A DNA stretch of 64,000 nt from positions 10,168,001-10,232,000 of the forward strand of contig NC_081331.1 of NCBI RefSeq assembly GCF_022539665.2, read 5' to 3'. Source of the stretch: Daphnia carinata (lineage: Eukaryota). Made by a program: the position numbers and the translations under genes. Shown here in pieces: positions 37,590 through 48,881 of this stretch. The notes beneath the pieces are model-generated. The model saw only the letters and a program-made list of their open reading frames with translations, was not told where the DNA came from and searched no databases. Every line of letters starts with the position of its first letter. Position 1 is the first letter of the stretch.

Positions 37590-40209
37590 TTAAGCTAGGG
37601 CTTCCTTTAAGCCAGCAATCAAAGAATTAGGATCCGGAAATTTGAGACGTCGTGGCGGACCACGCTTAATTCCGCTCCATAATATAGTCTCTGAAAAACA
37701 AGATCAAATATAGGTATGTGACCTTTTGGGCAACCCCAGCTAATCTAAACGAAAATTGCCATACCGACACCATGGGAATTGGTCACTATGATTTCGAACG
37801 CCCCCCTACGCGGAGCCGAAACATTCATTTCCACCACCAGGTCAGCGCAATGTTGGAGGAACAGCTCTTGAATTTCAAGAGCCTTCCTCTTGAATACGGA
37901 TCAGGATTTGCTATGCCATAACCACACTATCACGGACAACCTTTCATGCAAACGAAAGTAAGGTATGGTGGCACTTACCAATGTTCCATTGCGACCCGCG
38001 ATGAAGCGCGAGGCTTCTTCATGTTGCCATTGTCATTATTTTCTCCTTCAGAATCCTACGGAAACGAAGGTTCAATATTAATTTTTATACTAAACGTGGA
38101 AACTGGAAAACAAACTGACCCGTTTTTTTGCACGCGCCCATCTCGTCGATGCCCCTTTTTTACCAGCAGCTGACAGTTTCTCGTGTGTGCTTGGTTCGTC
38201 TTCCTCCGATTCACCCGCGGAATTCTTTATACCAATAACCAATTTAAAAAAACAGACCGACATATAGACTCCTTAACTAAAAAACTTGCTTGTTGTTGCT
38301 GAGCGTGTGCCTTTCGTGTCGCTGCTGCCTTTCTCCCCGCCTCGACCCTAATTTTATGCAATCGGGCAGCTTTTTCATCTTCATTCTCGTCACCCTCTTC
38401 TTCTTCAGCCGAACCCTTGGAAGAAAAATTTAATGAAAGATGGCTCATTATCTGTGAATTACCATACGATGTTATACCTCGCCCTTTTCGCGAGCCCATC
38501 GGGCTGAGGCTCCTTTTTTGCCGATTGCCGACAATTGTTCGTGTAAAACCGCATCGGCCTCTTCGTCCGACTGCACTCCAGGATCCTATTGAGAAATAAT
38601 CTTCCATTAGAATGTACTTCTCAACTGGATACATGATATTTAAAAATAAACCTGCTCCTTCAGCCGTTGCTTACGTGTCGCCATTGATTTCTTTCCTGCT
38701 TGTACTCTGATCTCATGCATCCGGGCTTCCTTCTCGTCTTCGTCTTCTTCTTGTTCTTCACCCTCACCCTGATCGCCGCCCTTAACATAAAGATACGGAA
38801 TTAGGCATACATTACTCGATACAATGATATCGCCATTGATTTCGCAAATTAGACGCTGACTAATTAACGTCAATATTTACACCGTCATGCTTACTTGTCC
38901 TTTGTCGTACGACCATCTCGCTGCTGCGCCTTTCTTACCGATGGCTGACAACTGGTCGTGCAGGACTGCGTCAGCCTCTTCATCCGACTGTATTCCAGGA
39001 TCCTTAAAAAAAAAAAATGTTTTCTGTTTAAGCAAACCTATTGGATTTGAATCTTCCAAGTTGGTAACCTGTTCTCTGATATGTTGTTTTCTTGTTGCAA
39101 TTGCTTTCTTCCCTGCTTCTACTCTGATATTGTGCAACCGTGCTTCTTTATCCTCTTCTCCTTGATTCTCTTCCTCCCCCCCATTGTCCTTTTCAAGTAA
39201 AAAAAAAATGGTAAGTAAGAACTGGTACAGTATGCTCCCATGATTGTTTTCGAAAGTGAAAGACCAAAGGAGGGAGGATACTGCGATGGTCAACCTACCT
39301 CATCGTTGTCCCGCGACCATCTAGCTGAAGCTCCTTTTTTACCGATGGCTGATAACTGATCGTGTAAGACAGTGTCTGCGTCTTTGTCTGATTTGACGTT
39401 AGGATCCTACCAAAAGTAAGATTATGGAATTATAAGTCCAACCTTCTGCTATAAATACTATACAAACCTGTTCTTTAATGTGAGCCTTTCTTGTTGCAAT
39501 TGCTTTCTTCCCTGCTTCCACTCTTATTTTATGCATCCGATCTTCTTTATTTTCTCCTTCTCCTTCCTCTTCTCCTTCCTCTTCAAAATTTTCTTCTTCT
39601 TCCACAGGTTCCTCTTGAAATTCCTCTTTATACGCTTCTTTGTCATCTTCATTTTCTTCGTTCATTTCATAGTCTGGATCAGGACCCTTGCAAAGAATAC
39701 CAACATTACCAATAAGCACAAAATTACAAGCAATTGGTAAATCCAATGCTGAACTCACTCCTTCTTGTTCTTGTCTTTCTTTTGACCACCTCACTGAGGC
39801 ACCCTTCTTGCCAGCTGACGCAAGTTTTTTGTGAGTGCTAGGTTCTACATGTTTCCCTCCTGATTCCTGCTATAGAACAAAACATTGCAATTGTTGGTAG
39901 TAATAAATGAAGGTCACCATTTCTACTAACCTTTTTGCTTTTATCAAACTTCATTGTTTTCTCTTTTTCTTCTTCATCAGCCATTTCTTCAAGTTGTTTC
40001 ACCTTTGTGTCCTTTCCTTTTGGTTTAGCAGCAACCAATTTAGCTTTTGCCGCAGCCCCAGCAAGGGGTGGTTTTCCGTTTGAAGATTTTGATTGTTCGG
40101 AATTCCAGGATTTCGATTCTGGGATAACATCTTCAATTATATCATCTGCTCGGATGGCATCCGCAGCTTTCTTCTCTGCAACTTCTGCAGCACGTCTTCG
40201 CTGGGACAT
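37590..40209 (-). CDS. SELENOH: Selenoprotein H (SelH/BthD family) with a long repeat-containing N-terminal extension, ~578 aa, 13 exons: 40209-39931, 39869-39759, 39686-39468, 39406-39299, 39188-39069, 39002-38895, 38780-38652, 38585-38478, 38415-38290, 38224-38120, 38055-37979, 37910-37765, 37690-37590
   Basis: The spliced C-terminus reads VAMEHCKS-UGA-SVFKRKALEIQELFLQHCADLVVEMNVSAPRRGAFEIIVTNSHGVETILWSGIKRGPPRRLKFPDPNSLIAGLKEALA*. This aligns by eye with SelH (IEHCxxU...PRRGSFEV...LWTGIKKGPPRKLKFP). TGA is at 37903-37901 and all exons keep frame. Confidence 0.88.
38120..39869 (-). repeat. Exon-level tandem protein repeat, alternating B-A-B-A-B-A-B-A-B
   Basis: Type B (5 copies, 35-37 aa) contains HxxLSAxGKKGASARW. 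Type A (4 copies) is an acidic run followed by R[LM]HxIRV[EQ]AG[KR]KAxATRK. Each repeat is one phase-0 exon. Confidence 0.9.
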
Positions 40210-40257
40210 CTTAGTTCCTTTAATTGCTAGTAACAACTTAGCTAACCAATAGTGATA

Positions 40258-40283
40258 CTAACTGATCAAAAATATTGCACGTG
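40258..40283 (-). promoter_or_regulatory. Candidate core promoter of the SelH gene (Inr TCAGTT plus E-box CACGTG)
   Basis: GATCAGTT on the minus strand about 55 nt upstream of the ATG, with CACGTG at 40278-40283. Confidence 0.4.
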
Positions 40284-40670
40284 TTCTCCGTCTAGACTCT
40301 CAACGTGGTTTGAATTTTCTGCCCGCCCTACCTGCAGATCATACCTTAAGTCGCAAATGAGCGCCGAAATAGTGAAATAGTCGTACGGCTTACGACGTTG
40401 CCTTTCTTGGATTTTTAGAAACCAACGTTTAGCTGATCGAATTTCACGGTCGTCAATCGATCGAACTGAAATACCAATGAAAATTGACGTTATCAGTTCG
40501 TTAGATCAAGGTGTGCGTATTAATAGGACAAAATAAAAATAAAAATAATTCAGGGAAAATAAACGTTGTTGCTTGCGTTTGATGGTTATTATGATACATG
40601 AACTAAATTAGCGATGATACGTAATGGGCATTTTATGGTTTCAAGCTGATGGACTATTACATTCATTTTT

Positions 40671-41625
40671 TATGGTAATCCGTTTTACCCCCCAAAAAAA
40701 AAAAATATTGTTATTTTTTCAGTTTTATACTATCGCCATCTACCGATCAGATTTCTAGCTAATTCTCTACATACACTTACCGAATATTTATGCTGCATCG
40801 CGCTGGCGCTGTAGCGTACTGGCGCTTGGGCTTTTTGTACATACACTGACCGAAAAAAATTTTAAGCCCGACTAAATAAGGCCGACTTTTTGTTTTTTAC
40901 GGTTAATTCAAAAAGCAGAAGCCTGATACAAAAATATACCCCATTTTCGTGATCAGCGATCAATTCAAATCGGAATAATGTATTTAAAAAAAATCAAGGA
41001 TTTGAAGAAAATTGGAAAAATGAGAAGGCCTTCTCACTTTTTCAATTTTGGCAAAATTTTAGATTTCGCTTTAAATACATAGCTTCGATGCAGAATTGAA
41101 CGGGCAACACGAATATGAGGATTTTTTTCTCGTGGGACTCATTGCTTTTGAATAAATCGTAATAAAAGGTTAAAGTTGGATTAAAAAATAAGCCCGACTT
41201 TACCTTTCGGGCTTAAAAATCGTTCCTATTAAAAAATAATATCATTAAATCTCGTTAACTATACAGGATTATCATTCAAAATTAACCAAGGAACACGAAA
41301 ATGGAATTTGTTTTCACGTAGAGTATATACCTTTGGAATAATCTAAAATATAATTTTAAGTGTGTGTGCGAAACGAAACCATTACTAGCGCGCCAGTACG
41401 CCACAGCACTAGCGTGACACATCAAACTTCTTTGATTATTCAAAAACCATAAACTCTACGTGAAATCAAATTTCATTTTCGACTTCCTTGTTAAATTTTG
41501 AATCAGAATCATATATAGTTATGTAGATTTAATGATATTATTTTTTAATAGGGAAAAATTTTAAGCCCGACAATATAAACCCGACTTTCTGCTGTATCGC
41601 GAGAACGGATTGCCATATTGCCATA
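40671..41625. mobile_element. Non-autonomous TIR DNA element (~950 bp)
   Basis: Termini TATGGTAATCCGTT and AACGGATTGCCATA (right end carries a duplicated TTGCCATA), flanked by ATTTTT on both sides (40665-40670, 41626-41631). The first ~80 nt resemble 46282-46360. No ORF; internal AAGCCCGAC repeats. Confidence 0.65.
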
Positions 41626-41786
41626 ATTTTTCACGTTACTTACATTAGCGCGTTGAATTTTTACAATTTGAATTTGTATCTTGCGCCATCTCGAGGCTGC
41701 CTCATAAGCCTTACCAAATTTTCCATGCCACTGCAGACTATCCAAGCAGATGTTTATGGCTTGTGCACGTGCAGTTGATTCAAAAA

Positions 41787-42530
41787 ATGGTTAGATTCAA
41801 GAACCGGTAAAATATTTGTATTCAACAATATTAACCTTAATAATTTTAACTATTTCCGTCTCTTTAAAATGGATAAATATTGAGCAATGTAAATGAAGAT
41901 TCATTTGAAGAGAAGTTTATCGTTTGGGTCTCTGATGTATGTTCTACTTGCTCATTTGATTTTTACAATTTTATCAGGTATTTTACTACAGAGATCACAC
42001 CCCTGGATGATGGACATACTGCGCAACCTCTAAATTTAAAAACGTACGATATCCTGAAATCGGTTCTTGCTGCAACTGAACAAATACATGGAGAGTTTGG
42101 GGCTGCAGCAATTAAGAATGGATTAGAGGGTATATTTTGTTTTTCTTGGCTATCGTAAAAGCAGAAATTAGAAAATATTTGCAATCTCTAGTCAAATATT
42201 CCAATGAAAGTACCCAAATAGCAATAATCCGATGTAGACATGGCCCACATAGGCTTTTAGCCTCATCTCTTCCTTTCTTGTCCAGTATTGGAAAAAGGAA
42301 AGTTCAGCTTCAAAGTATGTATACAGGGGCAACTTTGGTAAAATGCTATAAATTCTTAAAGGTTAGTATGATACAAGAGTTGTTTAGGTAAAGAATTCTT
42401 TTCTATAAGTTTTGTTTCTTTGTAGAAATTTCATCAGGAAAAAATTAATGAAGCTTTGAAAACGTGCAGAACAGAACAAGAAAAAAAGAAAGTTTTGGAA
42501 ATTATGTCCAAGACAAAGTATGGATTGTGA
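41787..42530 (+). CDS. POP5: RNase P/MRP subunit POP5, 4 exons
   Basis: Spliced MVRFKNR|YFTTEI...HGEFGAAAIKNGLE|VKYSNESTQIAIIRCRHGPHRLLASSLPFL...GATLVKCYKFLK|KFHQEK...YGL*. The MVRFKxRY start is diagnostic. Confidence 0.9.
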
Positions 42531-42581
42531 AACTTCTGAAAATGGCCAATACACTTTATTTTCAATTATATTTCTATATTA

Positions 42582-43323
42582 TTAGTGCCTCATATAGTAG
42601 TCTATTGCAGTAGAGAATGCTGCAAATCCTAATGCTCCTACAATTCCTGGTTTAAGTCCAGCTCTGAGACCAATCAGTCCACCAGTGATTCCACCAGCCT
42701 ACAATTAAAGAATTTTTATTTAAAAGTATGTTGTAGGTTATTTCAGAAATACATACATAAGTTCCATTTTTCCAATCTCCTTTTCCTCTATACTATAAAC
42801 AAAATAATGCATTATGCAAACAATGGTATTTACAGCAACATAAACTGTACTCACAGATTCAATGGTGCACTCTACTGCTGAAAACATAAGACCAACAACA
42901 GCAAAGTTTTTGGCATAGCTAAGGGTAGAGAATTTTAAATCCCTGAAGATTTCTCTTGCTGACTGTTGGGGTGCATCAGGTGCTGTGATATTTGGACTGA
43001 CACTGGCACTGAACAAACCCAATGCAGCTCCCAAACCGTACCCTGCAAAATTCATTAAAAAGCTGCAAGATGTGGAGCTTGTTTCTAAATAAGAGTAATT
43101 ATGAATTACCCATGACACTTGCAACGAGTGACTTGAAAGCACATGATTCAAAAACTGCTTCTACTCGTTTCTCATCAACACTTTTTATGTGAATTGGACC
43201 AACTGTTCTGGGGATGATAATTTGTTCACGATATTTGCAGTTGTTTCCGACGAAGTATTTCATTAAGGAATCCATCTCCTTCGGCGAAAAACCAACGGAA
43301 GAATCTGTTTTCGATTCCTCCAT
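42582..43323 (-). CDS. TIMM22: Mitochondrial import translocase subunit TIM22, 4 exons including a 36-nt exon ([12 protein letters not shown])
   Basis: [29 protein letters not shown]...[31 protein letters not shown]...[37 protein letters not shown]. Confidence 0.93.
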
Positions 43324-43901
43324 GTTCCGTCAAAAAAGTAATCAGTTTCGATATGTAGTTACTGACACACAACCACTTTTAGACAATTCCTACGGCAGCG
43401 CTAACGTCAGTTATTTAAAAAATCGTTACTATTACAAACTAGATAAGTTAGAATGCCCGTAGAAATGGGCACCAAAGATGAGTTCTACGAAGAGCAACAC
43501 AGGATTCGGAGTGTAGTAATATCGTCTGCTGTTTGGCCCAGCATTGCCCATCACAGATAAAAATTTCAAGCTAACCAATCCAATCGTAACGTTACAATAG
43601 TCTGCTGCTGCAATATAGTATATTTACGGAAATAAGAAACCCCCAAAAAATGAAAGAAAAGACAAGAAATGAAGGAGAAAGAACCTTGAATTAAGACTCT
43701 TCCCGATTCAATGGAACGTAGAACCACGGAATGTTAAAAACACATTTCGATCACCAAATAAAGTTTCTTGATTAATATAACTGAATAGAAAATTATGACG
43801 CCTACATTTACCAACTGAATAATGACAAATATATTTACGCCCAAGGAAACCCAGAACGAACTTGGAATTTTGCCTTCCCTTAAGAGAAGAATTAGGCATT
43901 G

Positions 43902-45398
43902 AGTTTCTCGTTGATGAAGGTTTCCAACTTGACTGCGTCAACTGCGAATTTGCGGATGCTAAAATTTGTAGACGTATTAGTTATTTTCTTTAAATGACTA
44001 AATGTTAGCTATCCTAGAAACCAAATTACCCATCACTGAGTTTGTCAGTAGCCATCTGATCTTCATTTAACATCCATCGGAAAGCCTTCTCGTCCAAAGA
44101 AATGCGTTCGAGATCGTAAGATTTGGCTTGTTCTGCATCTAATTTTCTAGCGACTGTTGTCGTACTAGCATCTAGTTCTTCCAGCAACTTCGGGCTAATC
44201 GTTAAAAGATCGCATCCTGCAAGAGCAATTACCTCGCCTACGAATCGATATAATGGGTTACCTCTATTCACAAATTTACATAGCGTTTGGGTATACCAGT
44301 GTTTCGGAAGGATGCTCCCATCACAACAGTTTTATAGCCAAATTTTTTATAGTAATTATAGATCTGGGTGACCGACTTTACTCCAGGATCATCTTCCGGA
44401 GCATAAGATTTGGTGGAAGTGTTGCTAACATACCTGATGACGAGAATTTAAAACTTTGTTACCCATTTGTACATCTCAATTGTTTTTTACCAATCCAAAA
44501 TGCGACCAACGAATGGGGATATCAGCGTAACACCGGCCTCGGCACATGCAACCGCTTGACAGAAACTGAACAAGAGCGTTAAGTTGCAGTGAACATCGTG
44601 CTTTTCCTCCAGTTCCCTGCGTGATAGCATTTGTTAAAACAAATTAATAAATAAAGGAAACACAAGATGTTACATTGTATAATATAGATAATAACTTTGA
44701 TTACTTTGCTGCCTGAATTCCTTCCCAGGTCGAGGCCAATTTAATAAGAACTCTTTCTTTGTCGATACCCTCTTCGGCGTACAGCTCGATAAGCTTGAGA
44801 GCTTTCTTCACGCTTCCTTCTTGGTCAAAAGAAAGTCTGTGGACGAGAAAACGAAAGTTAAGGGACATAATTCAGTATTCACCATCCACATGGTGGTAAA
44901 CCACCTTGCATCCACTTCGGTAGAAACGCGACCAGGAACAATTTTCAATATTTCAACCCCAAACAAGACAAACAGCTTATCCATCGTTGCAGCCAACTTT
45001 GCAGCATTGTCTCTAACACAAGCAGACATCAGAATTAATTTGAATACTTAAGACTGATGCTTCAATGCATTGGTTGACATCGCAATTGTGTTTTTTAGAA
45101 TACCCATCCTGCTTTTTGCCATAATCAACAGCTTTCTGAACAAGATGTTGATATTGAGGCAGGGTGGCAGCAGCTAACAGTAAAGATGGATTGGTGGTTG
45201 CATCAGTAGGTTTGTACTTGATCATGGCTGTAATCAAAAAATGTGTTTACTAAAAGTGATTTGCCAACTGATTGTCAAGAATTCCAGGCAGTTAAAAATG
45301 ACAATAAAAAAGATTTTAATAACAAGGGCTCATTTACTTTCAAAATCTCCTGTGTCAGCCACCACTACTGTCATGGTCTTTAGTTGTTCCAATGCCAT
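43902..45398 (-). CDS. TALDO1: Transaldolase (multi-exon; 5'UTR exon ends near 45546)
   Basis: [113 protein letters not shown] motifs. Confidence 0.96.
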
Positions 45399-46427
45399 TT
45401 TTGAAGAAATCTAAAGAAAACAGAAATGAGTTAATAACTTTTGAATAACTGGCAAATTTGCAAAAGAACCAACAGCTTTCTTCTTTGATCCAAACAATTC
45501 AACACAGCCACAAAACATGAGGATGATTGAAGAGGAACGACTTACCGAATTGACTATAGAGCAGAGAATGTTATAGAGATAGCCGGCAGAGAAACTTCAC
45601 CTAAACGCGGTGAGAGGAACGTCCGTTCAACGTGAGTAGTGAAGCTTAAAAGGCGACCAGAAACCGATTCTTTGCTCCGAAGTAAATTTTTTTAAATATC
45701 AAACGAAACACTACAGACCGCAGCCAGTGGTTAAGAGATTATTAGAGCAAAAGAGAAATTGAAGTACACACATCGACTAGACCTTCACCCATTAAGTTTG
45801 ACTAGAAACCCGTTATTGAAGTTGATTGGTTAACTTGTTTCCCTTTTCCCCTAACCAGTTTGACAGCATTCTGCCATCTGGCGACAATTGCAGTTTCCCT
45901 ATAGGGATATTATTTAGATGAGACGCCACAACGAACGACCTGTTTTTTGTATGATATTTCTCGCAACAGATGACGTTAGCTATGAATAGGGATCCACACA
46001 CGTTTCGGGGGTTTCAAGAAATGTTTTACACGTTTTGTTTATTGCCGATTGTACTTGTTTGTGTGTTTAGTTTGTTTATTGTCAGTTGATGGCTCATAAA
46101 CCGGTGTTGCTGTGCAAAATTACGCTTCCGTTTTTTAACCATCTTAATTAGGGAAAATGCAGCAATAAAGGCTAATGTTAGCTTTGCCTATTGTTCATGG
46201 CCATCGCTAGATGGCGACGATGTGAATACTTTGTATTTATTGCCGAATATTTGATGCAATGTTAGCGCACCAGTACGCTACTATGGCAATCCGTTTTACA
46301 TAAAAAAAAAAAATCGCACTTTTTTCTTTTTTTCCGACACGTAGCCATCTACCGCTCAGACTCGTTATTACTGGCGTAGGCAATTTCAGTCCATTGGATG
46401 CCATTCGCAGTTAGTTCAGTAGCGTGG

Positions 46428-47226
46428 ATGGAGAATAACGCGTGGCTGGAGGAACAATTGAAAAATGGATAAGATAATACAATAAAAGGATGGTAAGTAT
46501 AAAATTTATTATATTGGTTTTCAATTATTAATTATTTTTTATTAGATCAAATTATGAAGCTGCAGGCCCAATTATTGGAACAACACAAAATATTAGATAA
46601 CAGCAAAGCTAAGGATGGTAAGGCCTAATACGTAATGATTCTATTTATTTGCTTTTATTCATTTGTGTTTTGTAGCTCAAATTTTGAGTCTACAAGCTCA
46701 GCTAGGGGAAAATAACAAATTGGAACGGAACAGTTTCCAAACAGTGAAGGAGGTTTTTCAAAACTCTTCCCTAACTGAACGTGAGGATGAGTTGGCATTA
46801 GGCGAACACAGTCAGGTACCTAAACTTTTCAAATAAGAATTCAAAATAAGTATGGAATTTTAACAAACAATTATTTATTGTTTTGTTATTCAGTCCACCA
46901 CCTGACAGTGTGTTAAAGTTAAATTCTGTTAGTGCTGCACTAAAAGAATCGTTAGTAATAAGTCCATGCAGTGAAGGAAGTGAACAATTGTGGGATCGTA
47001 TTTGGGCCGAAAATGGGTGTGGTACGGAAACCGAGATATGGCACGAGTTCAACATAAAGCATGGATTAGGTACTTTTCGGTTTTTTGTCTATCGAAAAAG
47101 TATTTTTAATGCTATTATTTTGCATTCACAGAATTTTAGCAGGGGATCAAGTCAAGTCTGGAAGTGTTACAAGATGGAAGAGTCAGCCTACAGTTGAAAA
47201 AACACTGAGAGTGGATTACCATTAAG
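46428..47226 (+). pseudogene. Decayed spliced gene (coiled-coil-like N-terminus) in the left palindrome arm
   Basis: Regular GT-AG exon/intron pattern (GATG|GTAAGT, GATG|GTAAGG, CAG|GTACCT) with peptide pieces QIMKLQAQLLEQHKILDNSKAKD and QILSLQAQLGENNKLERN, but with in-frame stops and a frameshift. Confidence 0.5.
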
Positions 47227-48523
47227 GTATGAGGTAAAGTAATTGTGAGAGATGAGTATGCACATTGTCTAATGAGAAGTACTATCTTGTGTGAATGAAT
47301 CCTGTATAACAGCAATCCTTTATAGTTCTGTCACAGCTAGAAGCCTCAAATAATTCTGCTTCCCTTGCTAAAGAACAACTTGTCCTTTACGCTCAGAGTG
47401 TTGGTGAAGCTGGGTACTTAAATGGCCCTAAAGATGTTTCACTTCACTGGCATTGCAGCGATGAACATCATACATGGACTCTTTAGGTATGAAAGGAATT
47501 TTCTTGAAAATTTTTTGAATTTATGATGAAGTTTTTCTCCTCTTTTTTGCCAACCATGTCTAAACTACAAAAAAAAATTTATCCAATAGGAAAGGATTTT
47601 CAGCATACTGGGAACACAACTATCAACAATGCTACATTCTAGGGGTGCTATTTTATCATTCAAGAGCCTTATACAATGATTTTCATCTACAATTTGTATG
47701 GCCTTTCCCAAGCTTCTGTCAGAAGTTGAATCTATGAGTCATGTAAGTCACATGAGCAACAATTGAGATGCTTAATGGTGTTGTTTTTCTTTTCTCAGTG
47801 TAGGTTAATAGTAACATTGGATCTGAAAAAATTCTTGGTTGGGGCATGACACTGAATAAATTGTAATGATTGGATGGATGACATGATATTTCTATACTTC
47901 ATTCGGATTCCCGAGACGGTATTTTATATTCAAAAAATTGAAGTGCATATCTGGGCTCCCTTCCTTTCCGTAGCCCCGTTTCCCCTCGACTCGTAATAAG
48001 CCCGTAGGGGGTCATGCCCCTACTGTACGGTATATATAAAAATAACATATACCGAGGTTTGGAGGGCTCTGGCCGGAAAGGGGACGTGGGGGTCCGCGTA
48101 GTCCGATGATGTGTTCACGGAGGGCGACGTGGCTACCCGCAAATCCGAACTAAAGGTTAATCGCTCCAGTAAAAATGTTCCAAATCTTCGGCTCTTCTTC
48201 CGGCTTCTCTTAGCCAATCACCGGGTAATCTCCCCGGTGGGTCAACAAGGCAGTGTCTCCCCCTGCCTGGGTTGACGGCAACTTTTGAAAGGGCTATTGT
48301 GCCTTTTTAAAGTTGCAAAATCATTTATATGTGCAGAGTAATGTCAATACAATTTATTTTTTTAAACAATAAAAGCAAAACTTGTGTTTTCAACTTTATT
48401 CTTACTGTGCGCTTGTTTTTCCTTGCATTTTTTTTTCCACACATATAACCACAATTATGAGTTATCTCTAGTTGTTGATACATACCTGAGAGCCTTATTT
48501 GTTTTGATTGAGCTTTCAATTTT

Positions 48524-48590
48524 GACTCATTGGGGAATCGAACCTTGGATGTTCGGCATACCGCGTCGATGGTCTACCAATGAGCCATGA
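48524..48590 (-). pseudogene. tRNA-like relic (A box and B box)
   Basis: Minus strand TCATGGCTCATTGGTAGACCATCG...GGTTCGATTCCCCAATGAG, with Pol III A-box TGGCTCATTGG and B-box GGTTCGATTCC at tRNA spacing; stems imperfect. Confidence 0.55.
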
Positions 48591-48715
48591 ATCATATGAT
48601 ATAAAGTTGGCTTTTTTCTTGTAACTTACGGACTTACATTTACACTTAGAATAAAATTGATATGTAATGCTGCAATTTTCTTTTCTATAATTATTCTGCT
48701 TCATTTTTTATACAT

Positions 48716-48776
48716 CAACTGTGGTTTGAACCCAGGGAAACAAATATCGCAACTAAACGCTCTACCACAGAGCTAT
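48716..48776 (-). pseudogene. tRNA-like relic
   Basis: Minus strand TATAGCTCTGTGGTAGAGCG (intact D-arm GCTC/GAGC) ... CTGGGTTCAAACCACAG (T-arm-like). Confidence 0.55.
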
Positions 48777-48881
48777 AGTCCTTATGAAACAAAAAGACAG
48801 ATAAACATATAGTTGTGAAAGACTGCATAAACATCCTAGACGATAACATTTGATATGCGATAATAAAACAATTAGATATAT

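Noticed and set aside
37901..37903. TGA read as a premature stop (pseudogene)
   Set aside because: It occupies the Sec position of the SelH CxxU motif, the downstream frame is intact, and a SECIS follows.
38120..39869. CRISPR-like or satellite array
   Set aside because: Eukaryotic context; the periodicity is explained by duplicated coding exons with synonymous divergence.
41807..41977. Possible box C/D snoRNA in the unusually long POP5 intron 1 (ATGAAGA...CTGA)
   Set aside because: No canonical C box or terminal stem, and I could not identify an rRNA-complementary guide. A snoscan or Rfam search would be needed.
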